A DNA stretch of 39,804 bases from Octopus sinensis (GCF_006345805.1 NW_021835498.1:1-39804); one strand, 5' to 3'. Shown: positions 11,371-24,602, counted from the stretch's first letter. Notes: generated from the sequence alone by a model not told the origin. Program-made: numbers and translations.

Positions 11371-11512
11371 ATTATATTTATAGATAAATTCCTCTATTCA
11401 TATAATATCGAGGTTTCATTCATTCTTTTGTTGTCACATTATTATTATTATTATTACATATACACATACTCACACATATATATATATGTGAATAAGATGG
11501 GTGCATAAATAT

Positions 11513-11908
11513 TCTTTTTTACTTTAGGTACAAGACCCAAAATTTGGGGTGAGGGGGCCAGTCGATTAGATTGACGCCAATACGCAACTGGCACTTAATT
11601 TATCGACCCCGAAAGGATAAAAGGCAAAGTCAACCTCGGCGGAATTTGAAATCAGAATGTAAAGACAAATGAAATACCTATTTATTTACTACCCACAAGG
11701 GGGTAAGCACAGAAGAGACAAACAAGGACTGACAAACGGATTAAGTCGATTATATCGACCCTAGTGCGTAACTGGTACTTATTTAATCGACCCCGAAAGG
11801 ATGAAAAGCAAAGTCGACCTCGGCGGAATTTGAACTCTGAGTAGCAACAGATGAAATACTGCTGAGCATTTCGCCCGGCGTGCTAACGTTTCTGGCAGCT
11901 CGCAGCCT
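11513..11908 (-). mobile_element. Two fused SINE family B copies (11677-11908 complete; 11513-11678 lacking its 5' head, different tail)
   Basis: The block atcgaccccgaaaggat(g/a)aaa...cctcggcggaatttgaa occurs twice; homologous to 2146-2380. Confidence 0.87.
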
Positions 11909-11979
11909 ATGATGCATGCACACATATTAAAAAGACATATGTATTTATGAATGTGCACGTATGTATATTTGAAACAGTT

Positions 11980-13660
11980 CCTGATTTCTCTCCTCTCTCT
12001 GGTTGTCATCACATAACATCCTTGCATCTCTAAATTCTACTCCAACCACACTTCTTTCCTTTAGCCGCTTCTTAATCGCAGTCTTATCTGACGTAGAAGC
12101 CGTCTCTGTTTCAATTCCATTCACTTCCACCCCATCACCCCTCCAACAGAACCGTCCATTCTCGTCCACACTTACTGCCTATCCATGCAAGTCTCTTCCT
12201 TTTCCCCAACATCGTTTTTCTTCCACTTTCACCCCCCACCTTTTACCTGCGCCACACCGGTTTTTATCCATCAACTACACCGACTCTTGTTCGATTTCAT
12301 CTCACACCAAAACCTCTATCGATTAATTGCACCCCCCCACCACCACCACAATTACTGCACCTGTGCACCTTCAGATATGGTTTGATCTTTCCTTCTTACC
12401 TAAAATTCTCTGAATCTAAGCGATCGACTCAGTGTAAAGAGTTCCACTTCATATCCCCCATTCTACCTTTGGACAAGTTCCAGAGCCGAAACTTCCTGTT
12501 GCGTATCTTGTATTACAAGAGTAGACCAACCCCAGTAACACTATTTACTCTATTGATGACGACCAACATCCATCCCACTGGACACCTGACCCGTGGCAAG
12601 ACACGATCTCTATCTATTCCCCAGCTTTTGCTTTTATTTCTGTGGAACGCTTCGATTTCAGAAAATATTTAAGACTAAAACAGTTCTCGTTCAGAAATTT
12701 AAGACTTTACTCTTTCGAAACCGAAATAATATTATCGTTATACGGGCCATCAAGGGCCAAGCCTTAGTCACAAGGTGATCTGACTACTACAAGGCCGAAG
12801 AATTTGAGCAACTCCTCAAACGCCTTAAGCAACATGAATTGTTCTAGGACCGTACTTTCACCTCTGTAACCAGTAACTCACGTTTGCCGCCAAACGGTAG
12901 CTCATCTTCTTCGCGTTCCTCCCTCAAATGGTCTCCGATTCTGATCATTCATTCACGACATACTTCCACTAATTAATTCCTCCCTAAGATCCATAAGACT
13001 AACACCTTTGTTCGACCTATTACCTCCGCATACAATTTCTCTGCTAAACTCAAATTCAAATACCACAACCAGATATTCGCACTCTTGATAGCAGCCCTCC
13101 CGTCATATATTCATAGCACACACCACCTCTTCGACTTCTAATTCCGTTCCGTCAGTTCCAGCAATTTTTCATTATGGCCTAAAGTCCATCTGTACAATCA
13201 CATCCACAATGATTTTCTCTTAACCCTCATATTATTAATTCGACCGCCGAATTTCACTCGAATCTTGCTTTTTCTCTCACATTTGCTCTTTACCAAACAC
13301 TTAACCACCTTCAATTGCTTCTTTTTCTGTTTTTAAGTATCCGCCATTAGGTTACTGGAGAAGACACAGACCACGTGATGTGCGCACTACCTACACCTAC
13401 CTGTTTCTCGATCGCCCTCTTCAGCAACTTATTTGTAGGCTACTTCACGCTCAAATCTTCGCTCACTTCACCGACCCTTCTCAGAGTTATACAGTCATTA
13501 TCGACTGTATCAAAGCTTTTTTTTGTATATGTGTTTAGATCACCACCATTGCCTTTGTTAACGCTTTCCATCGAATCATAGAATTCATCTCCACCATTTC
13601 CTTCACCTTTCCCAGTTTCCTAGACATCTCTGTTTCTGATTTTTTATTGATTATCCAAAG
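11980..13660 (+). pseudogene. Old decayed Penelope-like element RT region
   Basis: Residual motifs IVIRAIKGQALV (PADKG region, ~12732-12770), FLPKIHKTNTFVRPITSAYN (~12977-13036) and SFLDISVS (~13614-13637), with many stops; C/T-rich like the copy at 8842. Confidence 0.72.
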
Positions 13661-14864
13661 CTCTTCATTTCCTTCGTTACAATTCCAACGAGCGAGCTAG
13701 CGAGGCAGCTTCTACGCGGTCATTCGACCTATCGAAAATTGCAGCTAAATCATTCACGAATATCGTCTTCTAAACTAATTAAACAATGTAATTTGCTAAT
13801 GAATGTATATGCCAGAAAAGGAGACGGTAACTGATAGAATGCTAATTGAACATTGTGCTAACGTCGTCACAAAAAGATATTGTTCACGAATCTAGAGAAA
13901 GCGAGGTCTTAAAACACATGTAGCGGAAGGATGTAGGAAAAGATGTTGTTGAGGTAGCAGATGAAATATGTATGTGGACGACATCAACGTAAGAAAAATG
14001 GGAAAGCAATAATATGGTCGCCTCCTATCCACTTGAACTTTAAATGACACAGCTCAGGTCGGAGGTCGAAGACAGATTCATCCACCACTTTTTGACCGGA
14101 CAAAGAAATTTCTTTCGCGCCTGTTTTGCCAGTGGTGGACCAGACGAACGAGAATCCTTAGGAATGGTTTCGAATCTCAATTCGGAAAAAGAAAGTGTTA
14201 GTTTTTACATACCTATCTTCTAAAGAGTACAAAATATACAAGCATCACCAATGAAAAACATTTACAAATATTCCAGAAATTGCATGAGTTTGAAGGCAGC
14301 AACAGCAATAAAACAGTAAGTACTGTTGTTATCTCTCTTTCTAAGGTCACAGGTCAGCGTAGAAAGTCACAGGTCAGCATAGAATACATTTTGAAATTAA
14401 ACACTTTACACATAAAAATAAACTTAGTAACTACAGTACGAAATTCTAAAAATTCTGTAATACAACGTAAGCATAATTAAAATTAAATTACCTTTATGGA
14501 ATTCAAAAGATTTTATCATCTCTCAGAACTTTCATGTAGCAATAATTGATGAGCATTTTTATTTCTGGAATACTAAATGTCCATCATTCCAAGCAATTCT
14601 CAAATCAGACTTGATAGACATTTTTTTTTAGTCTTTTACAATAGGGGTAGTTTCATAACAAACATAAAACTACGATTATTTTAAGGTTATTCCAACAGAA
14701 ATTATTGCCAGCACTGATTTTTTTTTGCTACAACGTTTCGTATCTCCACGTCAGACATAAACAAACATTATTTGTTTGTTTACATTTGTTTGTTTACAAT
14801 TGACGTCTCGATGCGAAACTTTGTAACAAAAATAAAATGGCTGTAATTTCTGTAGAAATTATAA

Positions 14865-15210
14865 GCGCGGGAGTGGCTGTGTGGTAAGTAACTTGCTTAC
14901 CAAGCACATGATTCTGGGTTCAGTCCCACTGAGTGGCACCTTGGGCCAATGTCTTCTACTATAGCCTCAGGCCGACCAAAGCCTTGTGAGTGGATTCGGT
15001 AGACGGAAACTGAAAGAAGCCCGTCATGTCTTTGTGTCTGTGTTTGTTCCCCCACCATCCCTTGACAGCTGATGTTGGTGTGTTTGTGTCCCCGTAAATT
15101 AGCGGTTCGGAAAAAGAGACCGCTAGAATAAGTCTTGGGGTCGAGGTGTTCGACTAAAGGCGGTGCCCCAGCATGGCCACAGTCAAATGACTGAAACAAA
15201 TAAAAGAATA
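14865..15210 (+). mobile_element. SINE family A
   Basis: ggagtggctgtgtggtaagtaacttgcttacc...aaggcggtgccccagcatggccacagtcaaatgactgaaac; splits a unit seen uninterrupted at 15485-15660. Confidence 0.92.
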
Positions 15211-16148
15211 ACCTTAACAAAATATTGTAAAGATCATTGCTAACGCGGTAAGACGTGATATGTACTCATAAAAACATTTTATATAGTTTATGGTATATTA
15301 TGATCGTATAACGAAATATTTATATACCAGCACCAGGAATGCGTTTAATATGTAAATTGGTATGCGGTGGCTATATAAGCACTATATTCGGAAGCAATAA
15401 GGGGTTAAATGGATGCTGATGAAGGGTCAAAACTTCCCGAAATATACATATACACTCATTAACCACTTTCGCCTCCGATCTCATTGTTTGTTTACATCTG
15501 TCGTTTCGATGCGAAACGTTGTAACAAAAAATGGCTATAATTTCTGTAGAAATAACCATAAAATATTGTAAAGAGCACTGCTAACGCAGTAGGATGTGGT
15601 GTTGGCTTATAAAGACATTTAATATATTTCGTAGTGTATTGTGGTTACATAACGAAATACCGTGTGCCCACAAGGCATTAATAAAGTCGCGAATCTAGCT
15701 GCACATCAAGCTAACACAACCATTCGGTAAAGAATTTTCCAACTTTCTACGGATTACCTATCAGTTATTATCGCAACACACTCACACATCGATGAAGAAA
15801 GCAAAACACTTTAACAAGCTTAAAGAAAACCAACAGATTGGGATGAATGAAGATTAAGGGTTTCAGAAGTCAACATTTTAATCATCAGAACATACATACA
15901 TCCAGAACATACATACATTCAATCAAATAATTGGGGCGCGTCTAAAATATATGCACAAAGCAACGTTAAAAATATAACCCCGGTTGTACAAAACAAATAG
16001 TCACCATTACAAAAATTAGAGTTAACTTTGAACAAGATGAGTCAAAACTACATACAATCGAATCAAAGAACTAAACGGAATCAAAGAAATAAACGAAGAT
16101 ATAATGAATAAAGCGTAGAAGACAGTCAAAGTTTTGTAACTGGTATCG

Positions 16149-16514
16149 TGGCACTCCATCGATTACGACGACGAGGGTTCCAGTTGATCCGATCAACGAA
16201 ACAGCCTGCTCATGAAATTAACGTGCAAAGTGGTTGAGCACTCCACACAGACACGTGTACCCTTAATGTGGTTCTCGGAGAGATTCAGCGTGACACAGAG
16301 TGTGACAAGGCTGGCCCTTTGAAATACAGGTACAACAGAAACAAGAAGAAAGAGAGAGAGAGAAAGTTGTGGTAAAAAAGTGCAGCAGGATTCGCCATCA
16401 CCACCCTGCCGGAGCCTCGTGCAGCTTTAGGTGTTTTCGCTCAATAAACACTCACAGCACCCGGTTTGGGAATCGAAACCGCCACTGCCCTAACCACTGG
16501 GCCATTGCGCCTCC
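16149..16514 (-). mobile_element. tRNA-derived SINE, family C
   Basis: Minus strand ggaggcgcaatggcccagtggttaggg...gtttcgattccc head; reverse-complement match to 24008-24372. Confidence 0.88.
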
Positions 16515-17054
16515 GCATAACCGAGATAAACCATAAAACTAACGGTAAAACACTCGAGTAATAAGCATCAAAATAGAAGCCACGTTGCAACACCAAACAA
16601 ACGCCAGAAGACATTTCTCGAAAGACCAGTTGCAAAAAAACAACAACAAAAGACGAAAATACACATCTTCAACCTTGACCAAGATTTTGATCAGTTCTTT
16701 CGATCAAATAACCAAACACCAGTTAGGAAATATAAACACTGAAATGCCACAGGGCCAAACAAAATCCCAGACATTAATCCATAACAGCACGCAAGCGAAA
16801 AACTGCACTCATAAACATCAACAACAGTTAAACCCCGTTAGTTATCGCCCTGCCGCTTTCCTTTATTAACACTTGTTCAATATCTTGTTACCATGTAACA
16901 CAGTTTAATATACAGCGGGGGGGAGGGGAAATGCTACCGACAGATTGATCACCATTAAAGATTCCTTGTAAATAAGTTATTTCTTCAATATATTATGGAA
17001 TGTCCCATGGAGCTCTCGTCTTACACACACACGCACACACACACACACACACAC

Positions 17055-17106
<52 letters not shown>

Positions 17107-17559
17107 CTATCTTTGTCTTTGTCTCTCTACATTATTTGGTACACTTTTTCCTAAACATGTCGTCACCTCCAACACCTATTGTTATACGGATGATGCCATT
17201 CTCCAGTCTTCCAGACCTAAGTGCCATCCACATGAAGCGGAGAGTGAGATGTTTAAAGTTCTTCTTTTACAAACGAACATTCACCACACACGTAAGGACT
17301 TCGAAGGTCTTCTTACAATTTGGCGGCAGCAGGAAAAAATATGAGTAGGAAAATACTTCCAGTGGGATGACGTTTTTTTGTGGTGGAGAAGAAGGACTGG
17401 GAGACGAGAGAATGAGAGATATCAGAAGAGGAATATTTAAATCTTTTTGGTATACAGAATTTGCAAGATTAGCAAGCAAAGTTGACTAAGTGACAGACAG
17501 AATGTTTTGCAGTATCTGTTCCGGATCTTTGCGCCCTGATTTCAGTTTCCAGCTTGAGA

Positions 17560-18040
17560 TTCTAGTCTTAGTGAAAATTACGTCATCAGCTCTTGTCCAT
17601 GAAAAGAAAACACCAAGGTGGATCACGACAGCAGTGCTACAGATATGTCTCTACATCTGAACAGGGTTTGCATCATCTCGGCACAGTTTTCCACTGCATA
17701 CGGGGGCATTAACAATAAGTACTGCAGGAACTGAACTCAAATCCCTTTCTTTATTCTAATCAAATTCATTGTCAGAAAGCCCCATTGGGATGCCAAACGC
17801 TATGGCTAGTATTGTGAGACGTAACTCGCAGATTCATCTTCCGACAGTTTTCAAAAGTTTTGAATACATTAACGGCCTTAATGGTATTTTTAAAATTGTC
17901 ATTAGGTGCGGAGTCTGTCAGAGTAAATCGGCCACCCAGTATTCAACAGAGACTGGGTTTATTGGTTTAAGGAAAGAGCAAAAAAGGAGGATGACATCGG
18001 GAAAGGTTGAACTGAGAATGCTCAGAGACGTTGCTTAAAA
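17560..18040 (-). pseudogene. Possible extremely decayed LINE reverse-transcriptase remnant
   Basis: Weak residual motifs only (IKKGI, ADDVIF) in the expected order on the minus strand. Confidence 0.25.
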
Positions 18041-18639
18041 CTACAAGATGTTTTACCCAATCTTCCAACTACTTGACCATTTGTTGCGCCTCGAGTTAGC
18101 AAATATTTATTTAATACTCTAGCAAAAACACCACCCTTTGGTTCAGGGGTCAAATGCGTAAATGAAGTAATAGGGAAAAGGATGAAAACTAAGATTGTGA
18201 GGAGAGGAGACAAAGACCAAAGAGAGAAAGAAATTGAAAAAAAGGGTGAGATTAAGAGTGTGAGAGAAAAAGTTATAAGGATATAGTAATAAAAAGGCTA
18301 ATAAGAATAGAGATAATGAACATAGAAGAGATGGAAAAAGGGAGGAAGTGTGTGTGTGTGTGAGGGAGAGAGAGAAAGAGAGTGCTGCAAGGAAACAGTA
18401 GAAGAAAATGGGATACGAATATAAACCGTTACAAATTGTATGTCGTAGTGAATAAAAGTAAAAGCTTGTAGGTGAAAATCGTCAATAATAAAAGAAAGTT
18501 CAAAACCACATTTTGATAAGAATATATTAAAATTGGAATTTATAAGAAGTCTCAAGACATTATAGACTTTCAAAATTTTTTTTGTAGAAAAAGCTACATA
18601 CGAATAATTAATAATCATCTTTCTTTATTATGATAATAA

Positions 18640-18990
18640 GGGTACTGAATTAAAAAAAAATATCGATTTGGTAACTCTTGACTGTAGATTGATATTTAGG
18701 TATCATTGTAGTAAGTATTTATTTAATAAATACTGAATTTTTAAAACTATCGATTTAGTAAATATTGACTTAATCGGTATTAAATTTGTAAATAACGATT
18801 CAGTAAACATTGATTTAATTAACACTGAATTTTATAAATAGCGATTTTCTAGCCATTGATTGAATATGAATAAAGATTTTTTTTCAAATATTGATTTAGT
18901 AAGTATCGATCAACAGTGTTGCAAATATCGATTATTAATCTAATTGTTGATCTAAAAGTATCGAATTTTTAAATATCGATTTAATGAAAA
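18640..18990. repeat. Degenerate AT-rich minisatellite, ~14-15 bp unit like aaatatcgatttagt
   Basis: Recurrent tatcgattt / tattgattt / actgaatt motifs at short regular spacing. Confidence 0.6.
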
Positions 18991-19738
18991 CTCAAATTTT
19001 AAAAAAAATAAGGTGTCAAGTATTAGAGTATTTTTTTGGTCGTCCCTTTTTTTACGTGGTTAAATTGATTTGGGACAAAAGTTTAACTGCTGTTTCTAGC
19101 AAGAGGAGCGACCACACAAAGGCTCTATCTTGGCTTTGAAATGTTCACATTCTTATTCTTTTGGTTGCTTGGTTCAGATTATTCCTGATCGAATATTCCA
19201 GTTAATCCAGCGATAAAAGGCCTTCTAGCTATGGCCATCCTGCTTTTTTTTGTTTTATTTTATTTAGTTTTTTTTTTCTTTTTTCGAATGTTCACATCAT
19301 CCAGTGTGCCCATTTTAAAGACAGTAGAATGATGTATCATGAGAGATTTGCCATCTATTTCTAGCAAAATTCTAAACGTTGGTCTTAAGGTGGCGAATGA
19401 GCAAAGTCGTTAGAGTGTCGGGCACAATACTTTTTGGTAGTTGTGCCGGTTTTCAGCACTTTGATTTTAAATCCCAATGTATCCCTATCTAAGATGGCAC
19501 GGTGTGATTCGAGGCACATTTCACTTCTATTTGTAGCAAACTGATCAGCCACGTATAAGCTCAAGATGTCCTTGTTGTTTACGTAAGGCGAGGACATCTT
19601 GCTTTCCGGCTATGTTTCGGTCTTCACCTGTCAGTGAAGACCAACGTGAATTGTTTTCGTTTATCACAAATATACATCTTACATTTAAAAACATGTCTAC
19701 TCTTGTCATAACTCGGAACTGTTGATACAGATGGCCTC

Positions 19739-19769
<31 letters not shown>

Positions 19770-20499
19770 GTCTTTCCCTCTTTCTCTCTCTCTCTTCTCT
19801 CTCTTCCTTTCTCTCTCCCTTTCTTTCTCTCCCTCTCTCTAATAAAACATAAAACAACCGTGTGACTGTGTACGTGTTATTGCGTCTGCGTATATGATTA
19901 TTAATAAGTCTGCGTAATTGTGTATGCGTATGTATATTAAAATACAAATACATTATTTGACAGAATCCTTACAGTGATGGACATAATACTTTACGCCAGT
20001 TATTCTAGTTCTTTACCATGTGAATTATAATCTAGCTGAAGTCCACTGAGGTCAAAAGAAAAAGAGGAAAAAACGGAAAGAAAAGGAAAATATGAACCCA
20101 GAGCTAGTACGGCTCTTTTTCTCTCCAGCAGTCATATCCTAGATGTTTCACTAGCACAAGAATAGGAGAACCAATTAACGAAAGCATGGTATATGCATTA
20201 CCACTTATCCTTGGTTAAAGATAAAAGTAGGTGACGGATTAATCGTTTGAGATTCGGACTAATTGACTTGTAGTATTTGTTCCAGTTATTTACTAATATT
20301 TCAAATCTCACCAAAGACATCCGTTTTATCCGAATCGTTAAAATAAAGTACTGGTGAACTGCTGGGGTCAATGGTATCGCCTAAAATAAAAACAAGAGAG
20401 TGTAGCCGAAATCGTCAGCAATAAAAGGAATTTTTAAAAAGTACATTTTGATAAGAAATATATTTAAATTGGAATTTATATGCGTTTTCTAAACAGTGT

Positions 20500-20908
20500 G
20501 GCAGGAGTGGCTGTGTGGTAAGTAGCTTGTTTACCAACCACATGGTTCCGGGTTCAGTCCCACTGCGTGGCACCTTGGGCAAGTGTCTTCTACTATAGCC
20601 TCGGGCCGACCAAAGCCTTGTGAGTGGATTTGGTAGACGGAAACTGAAAGAAGCCCGTCGTATATATGTATATATATATATGCGTTTGTGTGTTTGTGCG
20701 TCTGTGTTTGTCCCCGTAGCATTGCTTGACAACCGATGCTGGTGTGTTTATGTCCCCGTTACTTAGCGGTTCGGCAAAAGAGACCGATAGAATAAGTACT
20801 GGGCTTACAAAAGAATAAGTCCCGGGGTCGAGTTGCTCGATTAAAGGCGGTGCTCCAGCATGGCCGCAGTCAAATGACTGAAACAAGTAAAAGAGTAAAG
20901 AGTAAAGA
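20500..20908 (+). mobile_element. SINE family A, near-consensus full-length copy
   Basis: Complete head, CORE-like caccttgggcaagtgtctt, internal (TA)n and tail ending (agtaaag)n; agtgt on both sides may be a TSD. Confidence 0.94.
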
Positions 20909-22665
20909 GTGTAGATTTGATCATTGTTTTCTTGTAGTAAAAGGTACATACTCAAAACTAATTAATTAAGAGTTTTCTAAACAGTGTAGATTTGATAACT
21001 GTTTCATTGTAGTAAAAGGTAGATATTCAAAACTAATTAATTAACAGCTTTCTTTATTATGCTAGAATTACTGGTCTTGTGCCTAAATCAGAAACAATTG
21101 TTATTGGCGAAATGACAAAATCAACATGATTAACAGCATTTCTTTTGGCCCTTTACATTCTAAGTTCAATTCCCATCGAGGTCAACTTTGCTTTAACCCT
21201 CTCGGATAACTAATATCAATTGGTGATGATTGGTCTCCTTTTCTTGTGTCTTGCTTAATTTTGTATCTTGAATGCGATTCTATTCAAAATTCTTAGACAT
21301 ATTCAGTACATATTTTATTTACGATTGCCTATCAGCTTCAATAGTTTCCCAGCTTTTCATATGAATGTTGCTTTTCTACAGATCCTATTCAAAGGCAGTT
21401 TTTGTATTTTAACTGTGATTTTAAAGGTGTTCTTTTTCCGAGAACAGACTTCAGCACAGAGCAGAAACTTTGGAATTCGTCCATTTTTTGTATGAACTAC
21501 ACATCCAGACAACCTTGGTCTGCTATGGCATAAGAGACTTCCTATGCTTACAAAATTTTCTATTTCCAAGATTTCAGCATCAATCACATAGTCTCTTCAA
21601 GATATATGCAAAATGTGTCAAAGACATTTGGTTAATATATTTTGAATCTGTAGCATTTATTTGTTACAGATAGATGTAATGGATGCTGTGGAGATTAGTA
21701 TTAATAATAGGTTAGTTAAAACTTCGTGAGACTATATCATGTATATCAAAATGAATGAACCAAAACAAAAGGTTAAACTCTCACACATTTTATTTATCCG
21801 TCACAATTTGTCTCGTGTGGGACAATGTACAGACGCTGTAGTAATCGGCTGTTTTCCATTGGTAAGGGGATGGTTGTCTCGACAAGGCTAGCACAAATCT
21901 TGAGAGAACGATAGTGCCAAATGTAGGTGCTGCAAAGAGATGGGTGCGAGAAAGAGACAGACGTGCGACGTCTCAGAGCGAAAATGAAAAGCCTGAAAAT
22001 ATTCGTGGAAGGTTCGAATTTATACATGTTCGAGAGCTGAAAGTAGATCGGAAGAACAAAGAATGTGATTGATTTTATCTGCGTTGAACTAAATTTCAGT
22101 TACGATAGCGATGAAAAAAGTAAGTTGAACGGAATATAACAGTTGAGTCTCGTAAATTTCCTAGTACAAGTACAAATGCCAAGACCAAAAGGAAAAAAAG
22201 CTTACAGAATAAAAGTTAGGCTAAGATTTCAATATTCCAAGTCTAATGTCCATGTTACTATGTCATACAACAAAACAGATTAAATACATGATTCGTACAC
22301 AGGAAATGTAGAGTCATTTGGAAGCCATGTAATGTTCCAGAAGACAACCATGGCATTTGAATTCTATCTGCGAGTTCGTCCTCAATATTTCGTCACGGTA
22401 CAATATACTGCCAAGATATTTGAAGGAAGCTATGCTCTTCAAAGTTGTACAATACGTTGTTTATATAAGGAGTTATGCAAGGCTTGGTAGGCAGGGCTGA
22501 TAAAAGAATGTCAGTTTTATCAAGATTTGTTTTGAAACTTGGCATGTTAACATGCCCACGATATGTTACCCTTAAGAGCTTGGTGACACATACATACTTA
22601 CATACATGTATACATATTTAATGAGTACATACATACACACACACAGACACACACACATCTATATC

Positions 22666-22722
<57 letters not shown>

Positions 22723-22825
22723 ATATGCATATATATATACCATGTTAGTATGCATTTGTATGTGTCATATGTAGACATGAATGCATGTGTAAATGTAATT
22801 GAGTGTATTTGTGTGAGGGGAGTGT

Positions 22826-22869
<44 letters not shown>

Positions 22870-23215
22870 TGTTTATCTATACAAAATGCATGTGTGCTGG
22901 TTTGTATTTGCCATTAACAAAATATGAAAACCGAATCCGGGCCCGTCGACACAAGAGCAATATCTTCCCAACCTACCGACAAACTTCCGATGTGTCATCT
23001 CGTTGGCCCACGCTACAGCACTTCACTGACGTCACACATTATTTGACCGATTATCTATCGTCCAATTCTATCGTCCATTCTATCACTGCTAGCATTATTT
23101 TCGCACAAGATTCATTATCATTATCGTCACGATCACCGCAACCATTTCACTTCGGCTGAAATATAATATTCGCCACACAAATACTTGTATTTAACCAAGA
23201 AGTGGAATAGCTTAA

Positions 23216-23440
23216 CCCATTAAGTTCCAGAGTACTTAAATTTCTGAATATTACTTTTAAATTTTTACAGATGATTGAAAATAGGTTAAAAGTTTAAAAA
23301 AATTATTATTTAAACTCCTTTACTTCACGTGGAAATGGAAATACTCGATGTCCTATAAACAGGACATTGAGACAATGTGATATAGCTTATTTAATGTTCT
23401 CATTTAGTGTCCTATTTATAGGACGGTAGGACTTAATGGG
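23216..23440. mobile_element. piggyBac-type MITE (225 bp)
   Basis: TTAA-cccattaagt ... acttaatggg-TTAA: TTAA duplication, CCC/GGG termini, 10-bp perfect TIR, two internal tgtcctat...aggac palindromes. Confidence 0.8.
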
Positions 23441-24007
23441 TTAAACAAGACAAAGATTCAACTATTTCATTTGTTTTACTTCAAACACACGATTTCAGAT
23501 CAAAACAACTTCTGAGTAAATGTAAAAAGACCATGAAAAACATTAACACGCTCAAACGCTTATTTACAAGCAAGCATACAAACACAAGCATACACAGATA
23601 TATATACTCATATACATGCAGACGTGAATGTATATGCGTCTGGGCGTGTTTATATGTGTCTCTTGTACTCCGTGTAGAAGAGTGTGTAGGCCAGCCAGTG
23701 GATCCGCTCGATATTGCGGGTCCCAACATCCAGGTGATGTTGTAGCTTGGTGTTAAAATTCATGTGCAATAAATTGCTTCTACAATATATGTTATTTATA
23801 TAATTCTTAATAATATTTAGTTGTAAAAACACAGTAGGGTTTCTTTTTATATTCATCGGATGGCTTTGAGGGTCCAGCTGAATAATATAGAGATCAAAGG
23901 GTCAATAGGCACAGAAAAATTGTTGAGAAGCACGGGTTCTTCGATCTTTACATGCGTTATATAAACATCTCATTTACATATGATACGATTATTATAAATA
24001 AACTAAG

Positions 24008-24372
24008 TGGAGGCGCTATGGCCCAGCTGACTCAGGGTCGTAGGATCGCAGTTTCGATTCCCAGACCGGACGTTGTGAGTGTTTATTGAGCGGAAACACT
24101 TAAAGCTCCACGAAGCTCCGGCAGGGGTGTTGGCGAACCCTGCTGTACTCTTTCACCACATCTTTCTCTCACTCTTTCTTCCTGTTTCTATTGTACCTGT
24201 ATTTCAAAGGGGCCAGCCTTGTCACACACTGTGTCGCGCTGAATCTCCCCAGAGAACTACGTTAAGGGTACACGTGTCTGTGGAGTGCTCAGCCACTTGC
24301 ACGTTAATTTCACGTGCAGGCTGTTCCGTTGATCGGTTCAACTGGAACCCTCGTCGTCGCAACCGACGGAGA
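24008..24372 (+). mobile_element. SINE family C
   Basis: ggaggcgctatggcccag...gtttcgattcccagaccgg; homologous to 16149-16514. Confidence 0.88.
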
Positions 24373-24602
24373 ACCGCATAAAAAGACTAAACGTAGACTT
24401 GATTGAAAATAATGACAAACCACCATGAAAAACTACAACAACAGCAACAATAACAGCCCACCATGCACGAAGTATGTCACATACATCATAGATCTATTGT
24501 AATACTTTTCTCTATTCTATTTCCTTTACTGCAGGTCACTCTCCTTCCCTTCTTTCTCTCTCTCTCTCTCTCTCCCTCTTTCTTTCTGTCATTTTCTCTC
24601 CT

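Larger units (their letters stand above)
10890..11440 (-). mobile_element. Microsatellite-embedded non-coding element(s) with two hammerheads and ~58-bp terminal inverted repeat
   Basis: 10905-10962 is an imperfect reverse complement of 11378-11435; hammerhead folds at 10991-11057 and 11302-11370. Confidence 0.65.

Noticed and set aside
21265-22580. Possible decayed LINE (SVLLY..TWTL-like on minus strand near 22250-22295)
   Set aside because: Single weak motif; other RT motifs not found in consistent order.
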